Assembly: GCA_032128375.1 (NCBI GenBank)
Contig: JAQBGU010000232.1
Location: 10,362 to 74,361 of the forward strand
Direction: 5' to 3'
Length of the DNA stretch: 64,000 bases
Origin: Deltaproteobacteria bacterium
Lineage (GTDB): Bacteria > Myxococcota_A > UBA9160 > SMWR01
In this document: one piece after another, positions 1 to 9,021 of the stretch
How positions within the stretch are numbered: position 1 is the first letter of the stretch
How the letters are laid out: each line of letters starts with the position of its first letter
Notes under the pieces: generated by a model
The model's input: only the letters and a program-made list of their open reading frames with translations
Told to the model about the DNA's origin: nothing
Database searches by the model: none
Position numbers and translations under genes: made by a program

Positions 1-104
1 GGGCCAAAGCCGTGCAAGCGCACACCTGGGACAGCGTGGTCGCAAAGACTTTGCAGCTCTCCGGCCTCACTGACACGGATTCGATCCCCCGCGATGCGAA
101 CTGA
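1..104 (+). CDS. C-terminal end of a GT4-family glycosyltransferase (partial, runs off window start)
   Basis: Frame from base 3 reads AKAVQAHTWDSVVAKTLQLSG...AN-stop (TGA 102-104). A (H/Y/F)TWD..V helix is the typical end of GT-B/GT4 enzymes. Confidence 0.6.
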   Translation, partial: AKAVQAHTWDSVVAKTLQLSGLTDTDSIPRDAN

Positions 105-105
105 A

Positions 106-285
106 ATGTCGGGGGCCGAAAAAATCCACGAAAGCGTACCGGTCCCGCGTGCCGGCCGAGTCGCAGAGACCGGGTCGCACGGCGCACTCTTGAATGAGGC
201 AGGCCGCCATGCGGCAGCATTTGCAGCGGCGAAAGAGACGGGAAGGGCCCACGGGGCGGAGGAGCTTCGTGCTATCGGCCGCTGA
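106..285 (+). pseudogene. Vestigial ABC exporter: short N-terminus joined directly to an ABC-ATPase C-terminal tail
   Basis: MSGAEKIHES... then GRVAETGSHGALLNEAGRHAAAF, resembling the GxIxExGxHxELLxxxGxYxxL tail of MsbA-type exporters. No TM or Walker motifs. It starts just after the upstream stop and overlaps the next start. Confidence 0.55.
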
Positions 286-1543
286 CGCCGCCCTCGCGAA
301 GCGCGACGGAGCTCTATCCGGCCTCGCCACACTACTCGATCCCGACGCCTTCGCAGACGAACTGCGCCAAGCCTGGGGCCGATCGATCGAATCCGCTGAA
401 CTCGTCTATCTCCGCTACAAGCCCGCAACGAACTGCATCGCCGCCTACCGGGTCCGCGTAGACGGAAATTGCATCACGCTGTACGCCAAGGTGCATGGCT
501 CGGACGCCGCGAGTAAACTGCGCAAGGCGGGCGATCGGGAGAGCACACGACCCGCTGGGTCCTGCCAGCGACTCGTGTTGGACACCCGAGGCATCGTGGT
601 TTTTGCGTTCCCCGATGATGCAAAGCTGGCAGTCTTGTCGAGGCTCGACGACCCCGTGCGACGCAGCGCACTGCTGACCCGCATCCTTTCGAAACGGGGA
701 ATCGTCGGCGACGAGTCCATCGACACACTCAGTTACAAGCCAGAGCGTCGCTATGTGGGTCGCATCCAGCCAACCGATGGAGCGCCGGCCGCCTTGAAGT
801 TCTACGCGACGGAGGGCTTCCCGTCGGCAGCCCGTGGGTGTCGGGCCTTCGAGTCGCGCGAAGTGCTCCGGATCGCGCAGAAGTGCGGCGGTTCGAAGCG
901 CCACCGCGTGCTCGCGTTCGAGTGGCTAGCCGGGCGCCCACTTCGCGAAGTGTTCACTGACAGCCGCACTGGGACCGAGAGTATTTCGAAAGTGGGTGCC
1001 GCACTCGCCGAACTGCACGCGCAGCCGGGTCCAAAACTCGAGCCGCTGAACCTGGAGCGGCAGGTAGAAAAACTGCGTGAGCTGGCAGCGACTCTTGTCG
1101 TGCTGTGTCCTGACATTTCGGAACTCGCCACATCTCAGGCCGAGCGCATCGCGGCTCACCTGGCCGGCACGCGAAGTCGTCGCGCGATCCACGGTGATTT
1201 GTACGACAAGCAGATCCTGCTCGATGGCGATCGCGTCGAGATCCTCGATCTGGATCAGGCCGCGATGGGAGATCCCCGTTTCGATCTCGGACAATTCCTC
1301 GCTCACCTGGAACGAGATTGTCTGCAGGGCAAGCTCGCCCGCACGCGCATCGACGAGTTGCGCGAATGGCTGCTAGAAGGGTATCAGCAAGTCACGGGTT
1401 CGCGGGTAGAGGGGTTGGACGCGTATATCGCCGACAGTCTGTTCCGGCTCGCCCATCATCCGTTTCGGAGCCACGAACTGGATTGGCCGGCCAGGACCGC
1501 GCAGATCCTCGCGCGGGTCGAAGAGATCCTCGCTGATTGCTGA
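269..1543 (+). CDS. Aminoglycoside phosphotransferase (APH/choline kinase)-like kinase
   Basis: HGDLYDKQIL catalytic loop, DLDQA metal motif and two YKP.R.C-type motifs. Likely GTG start at 269 after GGAGGAG (ORF track starts at 194). Confidence 0.85.
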   Translation: MLSAADAALAKRDGALSGLATLLDPDAFADELRQAWGRSIESAELVYLRYKPATNCIAAYRVRVDGNCITLYAKVHGSDAASKLRKAGDRESTRPAGSCQRLVLDTRGIVVFAFPDDAKLAVLSRLDDPVRRSALLTRILSKRGIVGDESIDTLSYKPERRYVGRIQPTDGAPAALKFYATEGFPSAARGCRAFESREVLRIAQKCGGSKRHRVLAFEWLAGRPLREVFTDSRTGTESISKVGAALAELHAQPGPKLEPLNLERQVEKLRELAATLVVLCPDISELATSQAERIAAHLAGTRSRRAIHGDLYDKQILLDGDRVEILDLDQAAMGDPRFDLGQFLAHLERDCLQGKLARTRIDELREWLLEGYQQVTGSRVEGLDAYIADSLFRLAHHPFRSHELDWPARTAQILARVEEILADC

Positions 1544-1565
1544 GCATCGGAAGAGAATTTCCACG

Positions 1566-2654
1566 TTGACCGACTATCGCGTTATCGACGAGCTTCGCGC
1601 CTCAGAGGATCCAAAGCTGCCGTTTGTGGCGAGAGCTCTCGACCCCGCGGTAGTCGACGATTGCATCGCGCCATTGGTTTGCCGGTCAGATGGCGAAAGG
1701 GCCTCGATTCGACTGCATGAAGCTCGGGTCGTGCGACACCGACCCGGACGCCGCTGTGTGATCGAGTACCGGTTCGGTTCGAAGCAAGCTTCGACTCTTC
1801 CCATTTCGCCTCCATGGTCGTCTTGGGTGTTCGGCAAGCTGCGGGCTCGGGGTGCCGATGTGCGCACCCATCAGGTGCTCGAAGCCTTCTGGGAAGCTGG
1901 CTTTCGACCCGACTCCGGGCGAGGTGCGGCCGTCCCAGAACCCATTGGCGTCGTGTCGGAACTCCACATGACGATCCAGAGAGGTGTGCCGGGACAGCTT
2001 GTAACAGAGTTGGCGAGCGGCCCCGGGGGCGTCGAGGTGATGAGTCGCGTTGCGGAGGCATTGCATCAGCTCCACTTCGCCGAGGTCACCGCTCGTCGCC
2101 GCCACTCGCTGGCCGACGAGCTACGCATCCTGAATGAACAACTCCGTATCGCGGCGCAAACTCATCCGCAGTGGGGCGAAAGGATCGAACGAATTCTGCG
2201 AGCATGCGAGAAGCTCGCGAGCAGTCTGAAGCCTTCACCGCTCAGGGGCATCCACCGAGATTTTTACCCCGACCAGGTAATCGTCGACGGCGACCGGCTC
2301 AGCTTGCTCGATCTCGATCTCTACGCTGTCGGCGACCCTGCGCTCGACGTCGGCAACTTCGTCGCGCATCTCACCGAGCAGGCGCTTCGCCGCTACGGAG
2401 ATCCGAATGCGCTTTGCAACGCGGAGCGCGCACTGGAAGAAAAGTACCTGGAGCTGTCAGGGGAAGTGACACACGATTCAGTGCGGACCTATTCGATCCT
2501 CACGCTTGTCCGACACATTCATATCAGCACTAGGCTACCCAGGCGAAGCCACACGACTGCGGACATCATCGACCTCTGCGAGCAGCGACTCGACATTGCC
2601 GAGCGTCCCCGAAATACTCAGAAGTTCAATCGGGCTCGCATGGAGCCGAGATAA
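1566..2654 (+). CDS. Second APH-like kinase
   Basis: HRDFYPDQV, DLDL and GDPALDVGNF motifs; RHRPGRRC N-terminal motif. Confidence 0.85.
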   Translation: MTDYRVIDELRASEDPKLPFVARALDPAVVDDCIAPLVCRSDGERASIRLHEARVVRHRPGRRCVIEYRFGSKQASTLPISPPWSSWVFGKLRARGADVRTHQVLEAFWEAGFRPDSGRGAAVPEPIGVVSELHMTIQRGVPGQLVTELASGPGGVEVMSRVAEALHQLHFAEVTARRRHSLADELRILNEQLRIAAQTHPQWGERIERILRACEKLASSLKPSPLRGIHRDFYPDQVIVDGDRLSLLDLDLYAVGDPALDVGNFVAHLTEQALRRYGDPNALCNAERALEEKYLELSGEVTHDSVRTYSILTLVRHIHISTRLPRRSHTTADIIDLCEQRLDIAERPRNTQKFNRARMEPR

Positions 2655-4324
2655 GAGAGTTTTCCATCGTCGCGGCCAAATGCCGCACCGGCCCGGAAGA
2701 TCGCCCCGACGAGCTTGAGCTCGAAGATCCGGAACTCTTTGATCCCGATGACCAGGTCGATTTCCTGTCCGATCGATCGATGTCTACCATCGGGGTCGCG
2801 CTTGAATCCCACGTCGCGCAAGAACGGCGCGGCTTCTGCCTGGCGGTAGTGGTGGTAGACAATGTCGAGCGAGCTCTTTGCAAAGAACCGTACACCCAGA
2901 GCCGCAGTCAGAATCTGAAGGTTCGAAAGTTCTGGATCGAGAAGTTCACCGTAGGAGCGAAAGCTCTGAACGCCCCGGAACTTGTGGCTGTTGTCCTCTA
3001 GACCCGTTTGGCGGAAGCCGCGGTCTTCCTCCTCCAACATCTTCCTTTTTCCGGAGCCAAACGCGTAACCCAGGGTCGCTGTCAAACGGCCAGGCAGCTT
3101 CGACTGCCAGGTAGTGCGCGCGTCGATCCCCCAGCCCGAGACATTGTGACGGTTCACAGAGCGGACCGTCCTTGCGTCATTGGGCCCGCTGTAGTCCGTG
3201 AACGTCTCATCGCCCTTGACGCCGGCCACGTCGAGCCAATAGTCGAGCATTCCAGCGCGACCGAGTTTCCAATTCCCGGCCGCCGAGGCTCCGAACCAGG
3301 TCAGATCGGGATCGCTGTCGTCCTCGAACGAGACAGGATCGGGGCAGCCCCTGCGAAAGAACTCTCTGAATTCCTCGGGAATGCCCGGCGGAATGAGGTT
3401 TTCAGGAACACACAAAAGAGTCGGATCTGGGACGAACGGCTCCTGCACACTCGAGTGATCGTGGCGATGAAGCGCATACAGGCCGAGCTGCTGCTTGTGG
3501 GCCCACTCCCATTTCACGCTTCCCAGGATCTGGAGGATATCCTCGTCGTCCGGTTGGATCGACTCGCCGTACTCCAATCCGAACAGTTGCTCGGCGACCG
3601 CGACCTCCGCGTGGACCGTCTCGAGGTCGTAGTGGAGTCGAACTGCGTCCAAATCCTCATCCCACCACCATTCGCGCTCGTCCGCGAAGCGCTGGCGTCC
3701 GGCCTGGAGACTGACCGACGTGCCCAAGAGATCTCCCAGGTACAGCCATGACTCACCTCGTTGGAATAGCCACTCGCTCGTATTGTCGGCGTCGTCTGCC
3801 CACACGAGTTTTCGATAGGCAGCAACGCTTTCGAGATAGACCGACACGTTTTCAGTGATCGGGTAGAACAGGTCGACCTGCAAGGCCTGGTTCGCGCGCA
3901 GCTGGTCGTCGGCCGGGACATTCCCACGCGCTGAATCTTCTATCTCGTCGAAGTCGCCGTCGCCGTCGATATCTCGATTGTCGAAATCCTCGAAGTCGAA
4001 ATCCAGCAGCTTGTCGGTTTCGGACCGCACCACCAGCGTGTAGCGACCCCCAATCGCCAAGGGTCTGCCGAACAGCGGCAGCGTTATCGGGTGTTGGGGC
4101 CGCTCGCGGTCGGGGCGCTCGATGAGCTGCCTTTCCTTCGCCGTGAGCACGTCCTCGCCGGCCGCCAGGCGTCGTGACATTTGGCGAGGATCCAGGATCT
4201 CGCCGGGCTCCAGCGTCTGTGTCTCCGCGAGGTCGACCAGCCCCGCCGACACGGGGCGCGTGGCGAAAAAACAGGCCAGCGCAATGAGAATCACCCGCGC
4301 GACGGTCGCGAGTGTGCTTTCCAT
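2618..4324 (-). CDS. Alginate export (AlgE-like) outer-membrane beta-barrel porin
   Basis: Signal peptide (MESTLATVARVILIALACFFATRPVSA), GRQRF.DEREWWWDEDLDAVR, FRQTGLEDN, YGELLDPELSNL, GQEID motifs and C-terminal Phe. Likely start 4324 (ORF track 4381). Confidence 0.85.
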   Translation of the reverse strand: MESTLATVARVILIALACFFATRPVSAGLVDLAETQTLEPGEILDPRQMSRRLAAGEDVLTAKERQLIERPDRERPQHPITLPLFGRPLAIGGRYTLVVRSETDKLLDFDFEDFDNRDIDGDGDFDEIEDSARGNVPADDQLRANQALQVDLFYPITENVSVYLESVAAYRKLVWADDADNTSEWLFQRGESWLYLGDLLGTSVSLQAGRQRFADEREWWWDEDLDAVRLHYDLETVHAEVAVAEQLFGLEYGESIQPDDEDILQILGSVKWEWAHKQQLGLYALHRHDHSSVQEPFVPDPTLLCVPENLIPPGIPEEFREFFRRGCPDPVSFEDDSDPDLTWFGASAAGNWKLGRAGMLDYWLDVAGVKGDETFTDYSGPNDARTVRSVNRHNVSGWGIDARTTWQSKLPGRLTATLGYAFGSGKRKMLEEEDRGFRQTGLEDNSHKFRGVQSFRSYGELLDPELSNLQILTAALGVRFFAKSSLDIVYHHYRQAEAAPFLRDVGFKRDPDGRHRSIGQEIDLVIGIKEFRIFELKLVGAIFRAGAAFGRDDGKLSYLGSMRARLNF

Positions 4325-4376
4325 TGCTCGAGAGCAGCGGCAGCGGCTGAAATGCGGCATCAGATGACCTGATGGG

Positions 4377-4392
4377 TGCAATTGGAGTGCCA
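4377..4392 (-). promoter_or_regulatory. sigma54 (-24/-12) promoter for the porin gene
   Basis: Minus strand reads TGGCACTCCAATTGCA, matching TGGCAC-N5-TTGCA with exact GG-N10-GC spacing, about 50 bp upstream of the start. Confidence 0.85.
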
Positions 4393-4536
4393 GGTCACTG
4401 CGATCGGCACGGGGACCGCTGGCTCGAATCGAGTCCCCATCCGCGTGAAATCGCGCGGTACGCCGTCAGATCGCGCGATCGCAAGAGCGTCCTGCAACCT
4501 GAGGCGCACGTCGGAACTATTCGGCCATATCCGGTG

Positions 4537-4552
4537 CGGCACGCGTTTTGCA
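4537..4552 (+). promoter_or_regulatory. sigma54 (-24/-12) promoter for the large PEP-CTERM gene
   Basis: CGGCACGCGTTTTGCA, GG-N10-GC, 50 bp upstream of ATG 4603. Confidence 0.85.
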
Positions 4553-4602
4553 ATCGGAAGATCATCAGCAGGCAGGTGAGACTTTCTTGGGGAAATGAGT
4601 CA

Positions 4603-6960
4603 ATGAATGGAAATCGATGTTGGCGGTCAATTGGCAGCTGCGCACTTCTCGTGTCCCTTTTGCTATGTGTCGGCGGTAACACAGCGGCTGCGCCGCCCGA
4701 TCATCCGGTGATTACCGAGGTGTTTCAAGAGCCTCTGGCAACAGGTGGCCCGGTGGGACGCAATCCATCAGACCCCCACCAGGAGTTCATCGAGATCTAT
4801 CTCCCCCCACTTTCCGACCTCGCACCCGGCCTCAACAAGGACGCACTGAATCTGGCGTTCTACGAGATCGACGGCGATAGCTCCAGCCCCAGCTTGACGC
4901 GTGTGAACTACCGCATCGACCTTCCCGCTTTCGACCTTGATCCAAGTAACGGTCTGACTGGCCTACCGCGACCCCCAAGTGGATTGGTCGTGCTCGGTTG
5001 GGTGGACTACGTCGGTAATCCCGCCACGGATCTGAAGGGGACTCCGGGTTCGCGGGTGGCACTGGTCAATCATGGCGTCACGTCGACTGCGGACTATACG
5101 TTCATCGCTATCAATGGCGACCAGTTTTCGGGCACGACGAACTTCCCGGTCCCGGTGGCGATCTCTCACCTGGACCTGATCTCCGATCCGGTGACTGGAA
5201 AAATCGAGCAGGGCTCCTCGGTCTACCTTCTGGTCAACCGCGATGCACCGGGATACGCCGAAGTTTGTGGTTTTTCCGACCCTGCAGTCTGCAACGACTT
5301 CCCCAACCTGCCGGGCGGAACGATCCTCGGGGTGTCGAGCCTGTTGGACGGTTTTGCCGGCAACGACGACACCGATTTCCTCGTCGATGATCAGCCGACC
5401 GACCCAGCCGACAGTACTGTCATCGATCACGAGTTCGTTTTGCCAATAGGCGGAGCTTTCAGTCTGCTCGTCCCCCAGGTCGCCGAGGAATTCGACGGTT
5501 ACCAGCGCTGGTTCTTGGACTTCGTGAAGACCACCGAAGACGGCATCGCGGGCAATCAGGATCCCGCACTAGACGCGATGAATGGGTACCTCACCGTCTC
5601 GAATTTGGGACCGTTCGTACCGACGCCGGGATCGGTGCCCTCTTCAAACAGCCCCGCCGCTTTGCAACTGGCTCTCCCAGCCCTTCAGATGTTCGACGTC
5701 TTGACCAACACCCAGGCATTTCCAGGCCTCGTGGCCGCCAACGCGGGTGGCAATTTCGGCATCAATATCCTCGCGACACCGGGGAGTTCGAACAATCCAT
5801 CCGCCATGGGGCTGTCAGCCGGCATGTCGTCTTTCGGCGCGATCGGGCAATCCGCGATCTCTCCGATCGTGGCGGTCGAGACGTTCGAAAGCACGCCAGC
5901 CGGCCACACCCAGATTGTCGGTGTGACGGTCGCAGCGACTAACGGGGCGCCGTCGGATCCGCCGCTAGTCAACCCCTTTGGCATCGCGATCGCTTTCTAC
6001 ACCGCGATCAATCCGACGACGGGCCTTGACGCGCTCGGGGCACCGCTGCAGGCGACGGCGTTCGTGGCCATCCAGGGCTTACCCGATCAGGCGAGTGTTG
6101 CGAACGAGTTCGCCGCCACGAGCCTGGGTCAATTGATGGCTAGCCAACTTGGAATCAGTGTTTTCGACACGCGGGGCAACGGCGCTGCGTTGGTCAATCC
6201 GGCTACCAATCTTGCGAACGGGCTGGTCTTGGGACCCATGGTCGCGACTATTCCCACAAACCCGGCGCTTTTCATCAATCCCATCGGCGCCACAGGCAGT
6301 CTCGTTTCGACCGTGCTCGGCTCCGCGGAGGTAGTTTCCGGGAAGACCACCTACAACAACAGCTTCAACGTGGCCAAAACCCTGGTCCAAGCGCGCGAAT
6401 TCCCGATCCACGAGACTTCGACAACGGGCGGTTTTACCCCGACTGAGTTCATCCACTACGCCGATGCCACGGGCAAGGCTGGGGACCCCTCGAGCGGGTT
6501 GACCGGTGTGCTGACGGGCCGCAGCTTCCAATTGGCACTCATCGACACGAATCGGTCGGTCACCGGCTTCCTCGAATCGGGTGCAACGGACGATTTTGGT
6601 CTGGTCGTCGAGGTTGGCCAAACACACCCCGGGGCCTCGGTCGTTCCCGGAGAGTTCGTCTTTCTGAGTCTGATGGGGGGGCTCGAGGGTGCCGATATCG
6701 ATTCGCTCGACGTGCCGCCGTTCGGCAATCAGACAAACGTGATCTATCTGGACCTCAGTCCGCTCGACACTGTGATCGGCGTGAAGACTGTCTCGCGGCT
6801 ATTTGTCGTCGATGGCAGCGGCGGCGGTGAGGTGGACGTCATGGACGTGATCGCGCTACCGGAGCCGCACGCGGTGCTCACATTGTTGATCGGCGCAATC
6901 CTCTTGTCGCTGATGGCGCGACACCGAGGCGTGAGCGATCAGCCGGTTCACTCCAGGTAG
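4603..6960 (+). CDS. Large PEP-CTERM sorted surface protein
   Basis: Signal peptide; lamin-tail-like start (VITEV...QEFIEIY); Gly/Thr/Ser/Pro/Asp-rich body; C-terminal LPEP, hydrophobic helix, RHR. Likely start 4603. Confidence 0.85.
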   Translation: MNGNRCWRSIGSCALLVSLLLCVGGNTAAAPPDHPVITEVFQEPLATGGPVGRNPSDPHQEFIEIYLPPLSDLAPGLNKDALNLAFYEIDGDSSSPSLTRVNYRIDLPAFDLDPSNGLTGLPRPPSGLVVLGWVDYVGNPATDLKGTPGSRVALVNHGVTSTADYTFIAINGDQFSGTTNFPVPVAISHLDLISDPVTGKIEQGSSVYLLVNRDAPGYAEVCGFSDPAVCNDFPNLPGGTILGVSSLLDGFAGNDDTDFLVDDQPTDPADSTVIDHEFVLPIGGAFSLLVPQVAEEFDGYQRWFLDFVKTTEDGIAGNQDPALDAMNGYLTVSNLGPFVPTPGSVPSSNSPAALQLALPALQMFDVLTNTQAFPGLVAANAGGNFGINILATPGSSNNPSAMGLSAGMSSFGAIGQSAISPIVAVETFESTPAGHTQIVGVTVAATNGAPSDPPLVNPFGIAIAFYTAINPTTGLDALGAPLQATAFVAIQGLPDQASVANEFAATSLGQLMASQLGISVFDTRGNGAALVNPATNLANGLVLGPMVATIPTNPALFINPIGATGSLVSTVLGSAEVVSGKTTYNNSFNVAKTLVQAREFPIHETSTTGGFTPTEFIHYADATGKAGDPSSGLTGVLTGRSFQLALIDTNRSVTGFLESGATDDFGLVVEVGQTHPGASVVPGEFVFLSLMGGLEGADIDSLDVPPFGNQTNVIYLDLSPLDTVIGVKTVSRLFVVDGSGGGEVDVMDVIALPEPHAVLTLLIGAILLSLMARHRGVSDQPVHSR

Positions 6961-8882
6961 CCGAGCGCACGCAGCTGTTCGATGCTGGATGGAGCGAGTG
7001 ACTGGCGCTCCGGGCGCGCCCTTTCGTGCAGCGCCATCCGCTGGAGCCAGCTCTCGAGGCTCGCCCGGAACTCCGTGACGCGCGCCATCTCGCGGGTCGC
7101 GACGTCGACCTGCTCGGTCGGATCGCGCGCGATGTCGAAGAGCTCCTCTGTCGAAGGCGGTGCTCCCGAACAGAGCAGCCACTTTGGAGCGAACGGGTCG
7201 TTCTGCGCTGGCGTCGACGAGGGTTCGGTTTTCTCAGCCTCGGCCGACTGCTTGATGCGCGTGTCGGTTGTCACGACGACGTTCGCGTTCCCGACGTGCA
7301 ACTTGACTTGTTTGTCGGAAAGCTCCTCGATCCGATCGACGATGCCCTCGATCTCATCGTCATGAGGCTCGGCACCCAGCTTCTCGAGTTTGTCTGCCTC
7401 GATCGAGCGCTGCTTTCCGGCCTTTCCTTCCACTTTGACCCATTGCCCGACCGCAAGAGTGGCGATGAGCGGCTGCCCCTCGGCCGTAAGCAGGTCCTCT
7501 CCGGCGATCACAAAGCCGTGGACGTGCAAAGTGTTCTTGCGTGCGTCGATCGACTCGATCGCACCGACGAGTTCGACGTCGTCGTCGCCCGGGTCCTTGA
7601 AGCTCAGCTTCGATGCACGCATTGTCCCGTCGCCATCAAAAACCCCCTTCGCCTTCACCCGCACACCGACTCCGAGTCCCGATACACCGATCTTTCCCTC
7701 GGCAGCGTGGCTGGAACGCGCCGCTTTGTATGTACGAACGTACTTCCAGTCACCGCGTCGGACCGAGACACGGTAAACACGCTTATGTCTTGTCTCAGCG
7801 ACGATCTCGGGCTCGGCGTCGGTCGCGAGCAGCAGATTGCGTCCCTCGAGATCGGGTGGCGCCGCGACACCCGCGGTACCCAACAGCGTCGGAAACACGT
7901 CGATAAGCCGTGCCGGCTCGCTCACCCAACCCACCCGCGTCATCTTCGGGAGCCTGATCATGAGCGGGATATCGATCACTTCTCGATACAGCGTACCGCC
8001 GTGTCCAACGTGCCCGTGGTCGAGCAGTTCCTCGCCGTGGTCCGACGTGAGCAAGACGACGGTCTGATCCAACAAATTGCGCTTTCTGAGGTTGCCGAGC
8101 AACAGACCGATCTGGTGATCGAGTTGCGCAATGGCCCCATCCTGCCGGGAGGCGAGCTCTGCGATGTCGGCGTCGGACAGCGTGATGGTTCCGTCATTGA
8201 TGGAGTTGCGCAGACCCGTCCAGCTGCCGCGATCGAATACACTCCCCGGAAGCAAACCGGGAAATCGACTGCGGAAAGGCTCGTCTGGCTGAAACGGCCA
8301 ATGCACGTCGAGGTAATGGAGATAGGCGAAGAAGGGCTGCTCGCGATCCTGGTCGAGGAATTCGAGGAATTTCTGGTTGATCTCGGATGCGGGCATCTCG
8401 CTCTGCTCGTACCGGTCGAAACCCTGGGAAAAACCCTGATTGGCGGCCAGGTGGGCGTTGTTTGCGAGACCGATGGTCTGGTAACCCCCAGCGCTGAATA
8501 CTTCTGCGAGTGTGGTGTAGTCCTCCGCGAGGACATCGGATTCGAGGTTCCCCGCTGCCGCGTGCGCCTCGCCCTCGTACACTCCGTGCTGAATCGGGTA
8601 GAGCGAGGTGAACAGGGTTGGGATCGAGGGCTTGGTCCACGGCGACTGCGCGAACATCTTGCGAAAGACGATGCTCTCGGCCGCGAGCGAGTCGATGTTG
8701 GGAGAGGTGGGTTTGGTGTATCCGTAGTAGCCGAGATGGTCAGATCTGAGTGCATCGATGAGCAGCACCAGCACGTTCGGCTGATCCGCGCGCGCGCTGT
8801 GCGGCGTGATCAAGACCCATGTCGTGAGTGCAATACCGGCAAAGTAGAGGGTACACCACTGCTTCCGCACTACGTTACGCAC
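6948..8882 (-). CDS. Sulfatase/alkaline-phosphatase superfamily protein with an inserted DUF5666-like repeat region
   Basis: DALRSDHLG, SPWTKPS, HYLDVHWP, SDHGEE, HGGTLY, C-terminal LRALGYLE. Insert with VGxxVKxxG and ELxGxIxxID repeats. Confidence 0.85.
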   Translation of the reverse strand: MRNVVRKQWCTLYFAGIALTTWVLITPHSARADQPNVLVLLIDALRSDHLGYYGYTKPTSPNIDSLAAESIVFRKMFAQSPWTKPSIPTLFTSLYPIQHGVYEGEAHAAAGNLESDVLAEDYTTLAEVFSAGGYQTIGLANNAHLAANQGFSQGFDRYEQSEMPASEINQKFLEFLDQDREQPFFAYLHYLDVHWPFQPDEPFRSRFPGLLPGSVFDRGSWTGLRNSINDGTITLSDADIAELASRQDGAIAQLDHQIGLLLGNLRKRNLLDQTVVLLTSDHGEELLDHGHVGHGGTLYREVIDIPLMIRLPKMTRVGWVSEPARLIDVFPTLLGTAGVAAPPDLEGRNLLLATDAEPEIVAETRHKRVYRVSVRRGDWKYVRTYKAARSSHAAEGKIGVSGLGVGVRVKAKGVFDGDGTMRASKLSFKDPGDDDVELVGAIESIDARKNTLHVHGFVIAGEDLLTAEGQPLIATLAVGQWVKVEGKAGKQRSIEADKLEKLGAEPHDDEIEGIVDRIEELSDKQVKLHVGNANVVVTTDTRIKQSAEAEKTEPSSTPAQNDPFAPKWLLCSGAPPSTEELFDIARDPTEQVDVATREMARVTEFRASLESWLQRMALHERARPERQSLAPSSIEQLRALGYLE

Positions 8883-8953
8883 TTGTTCCGCACTTGTTCC
8901 GCACTACGTTCCGTACTTGTTCCGCACTTGTTCGGCATTATGTTCCGCACAAC
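8863..8953. repeat. Imperfect tandem repeat, about 8 units of 11-12 bp (TTCCGCACTTG/TTCCGCACTACG)
   Basis: Read directly; spans the sulfatase start and the divergent intergenic region. Confidence 0.9.
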
Positions 8954-9021
8954 AAAACCCTGTTTCGAATCCGAACCGATGATCATGATGCCCGAAGCAT
9001 AGCGATCCCGAAAGGAATAAA

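Noticed and set aside
269..2654. Aminoglycoside resistance genes
   Set aside because: APH fold only. The extra N-terminal regions and the glycosyltransferase/porin context point to biosynthesis.
8863..8953. Possible CRISPR array (also considered for 32932-33020)
   Set aside because: Units are 11-14 bp and contiguous, with no unique spacers and no cas genes in the window.
7026..9002. Long alternative ORFs (e.g. 7026-9002 +, 21019-22815 -, 27051-28331 -, 43639-44778 -, 51998-53059 +)
   Set aside because: Antisense shadows of well-supported genes, expected at high GC; no motifs.
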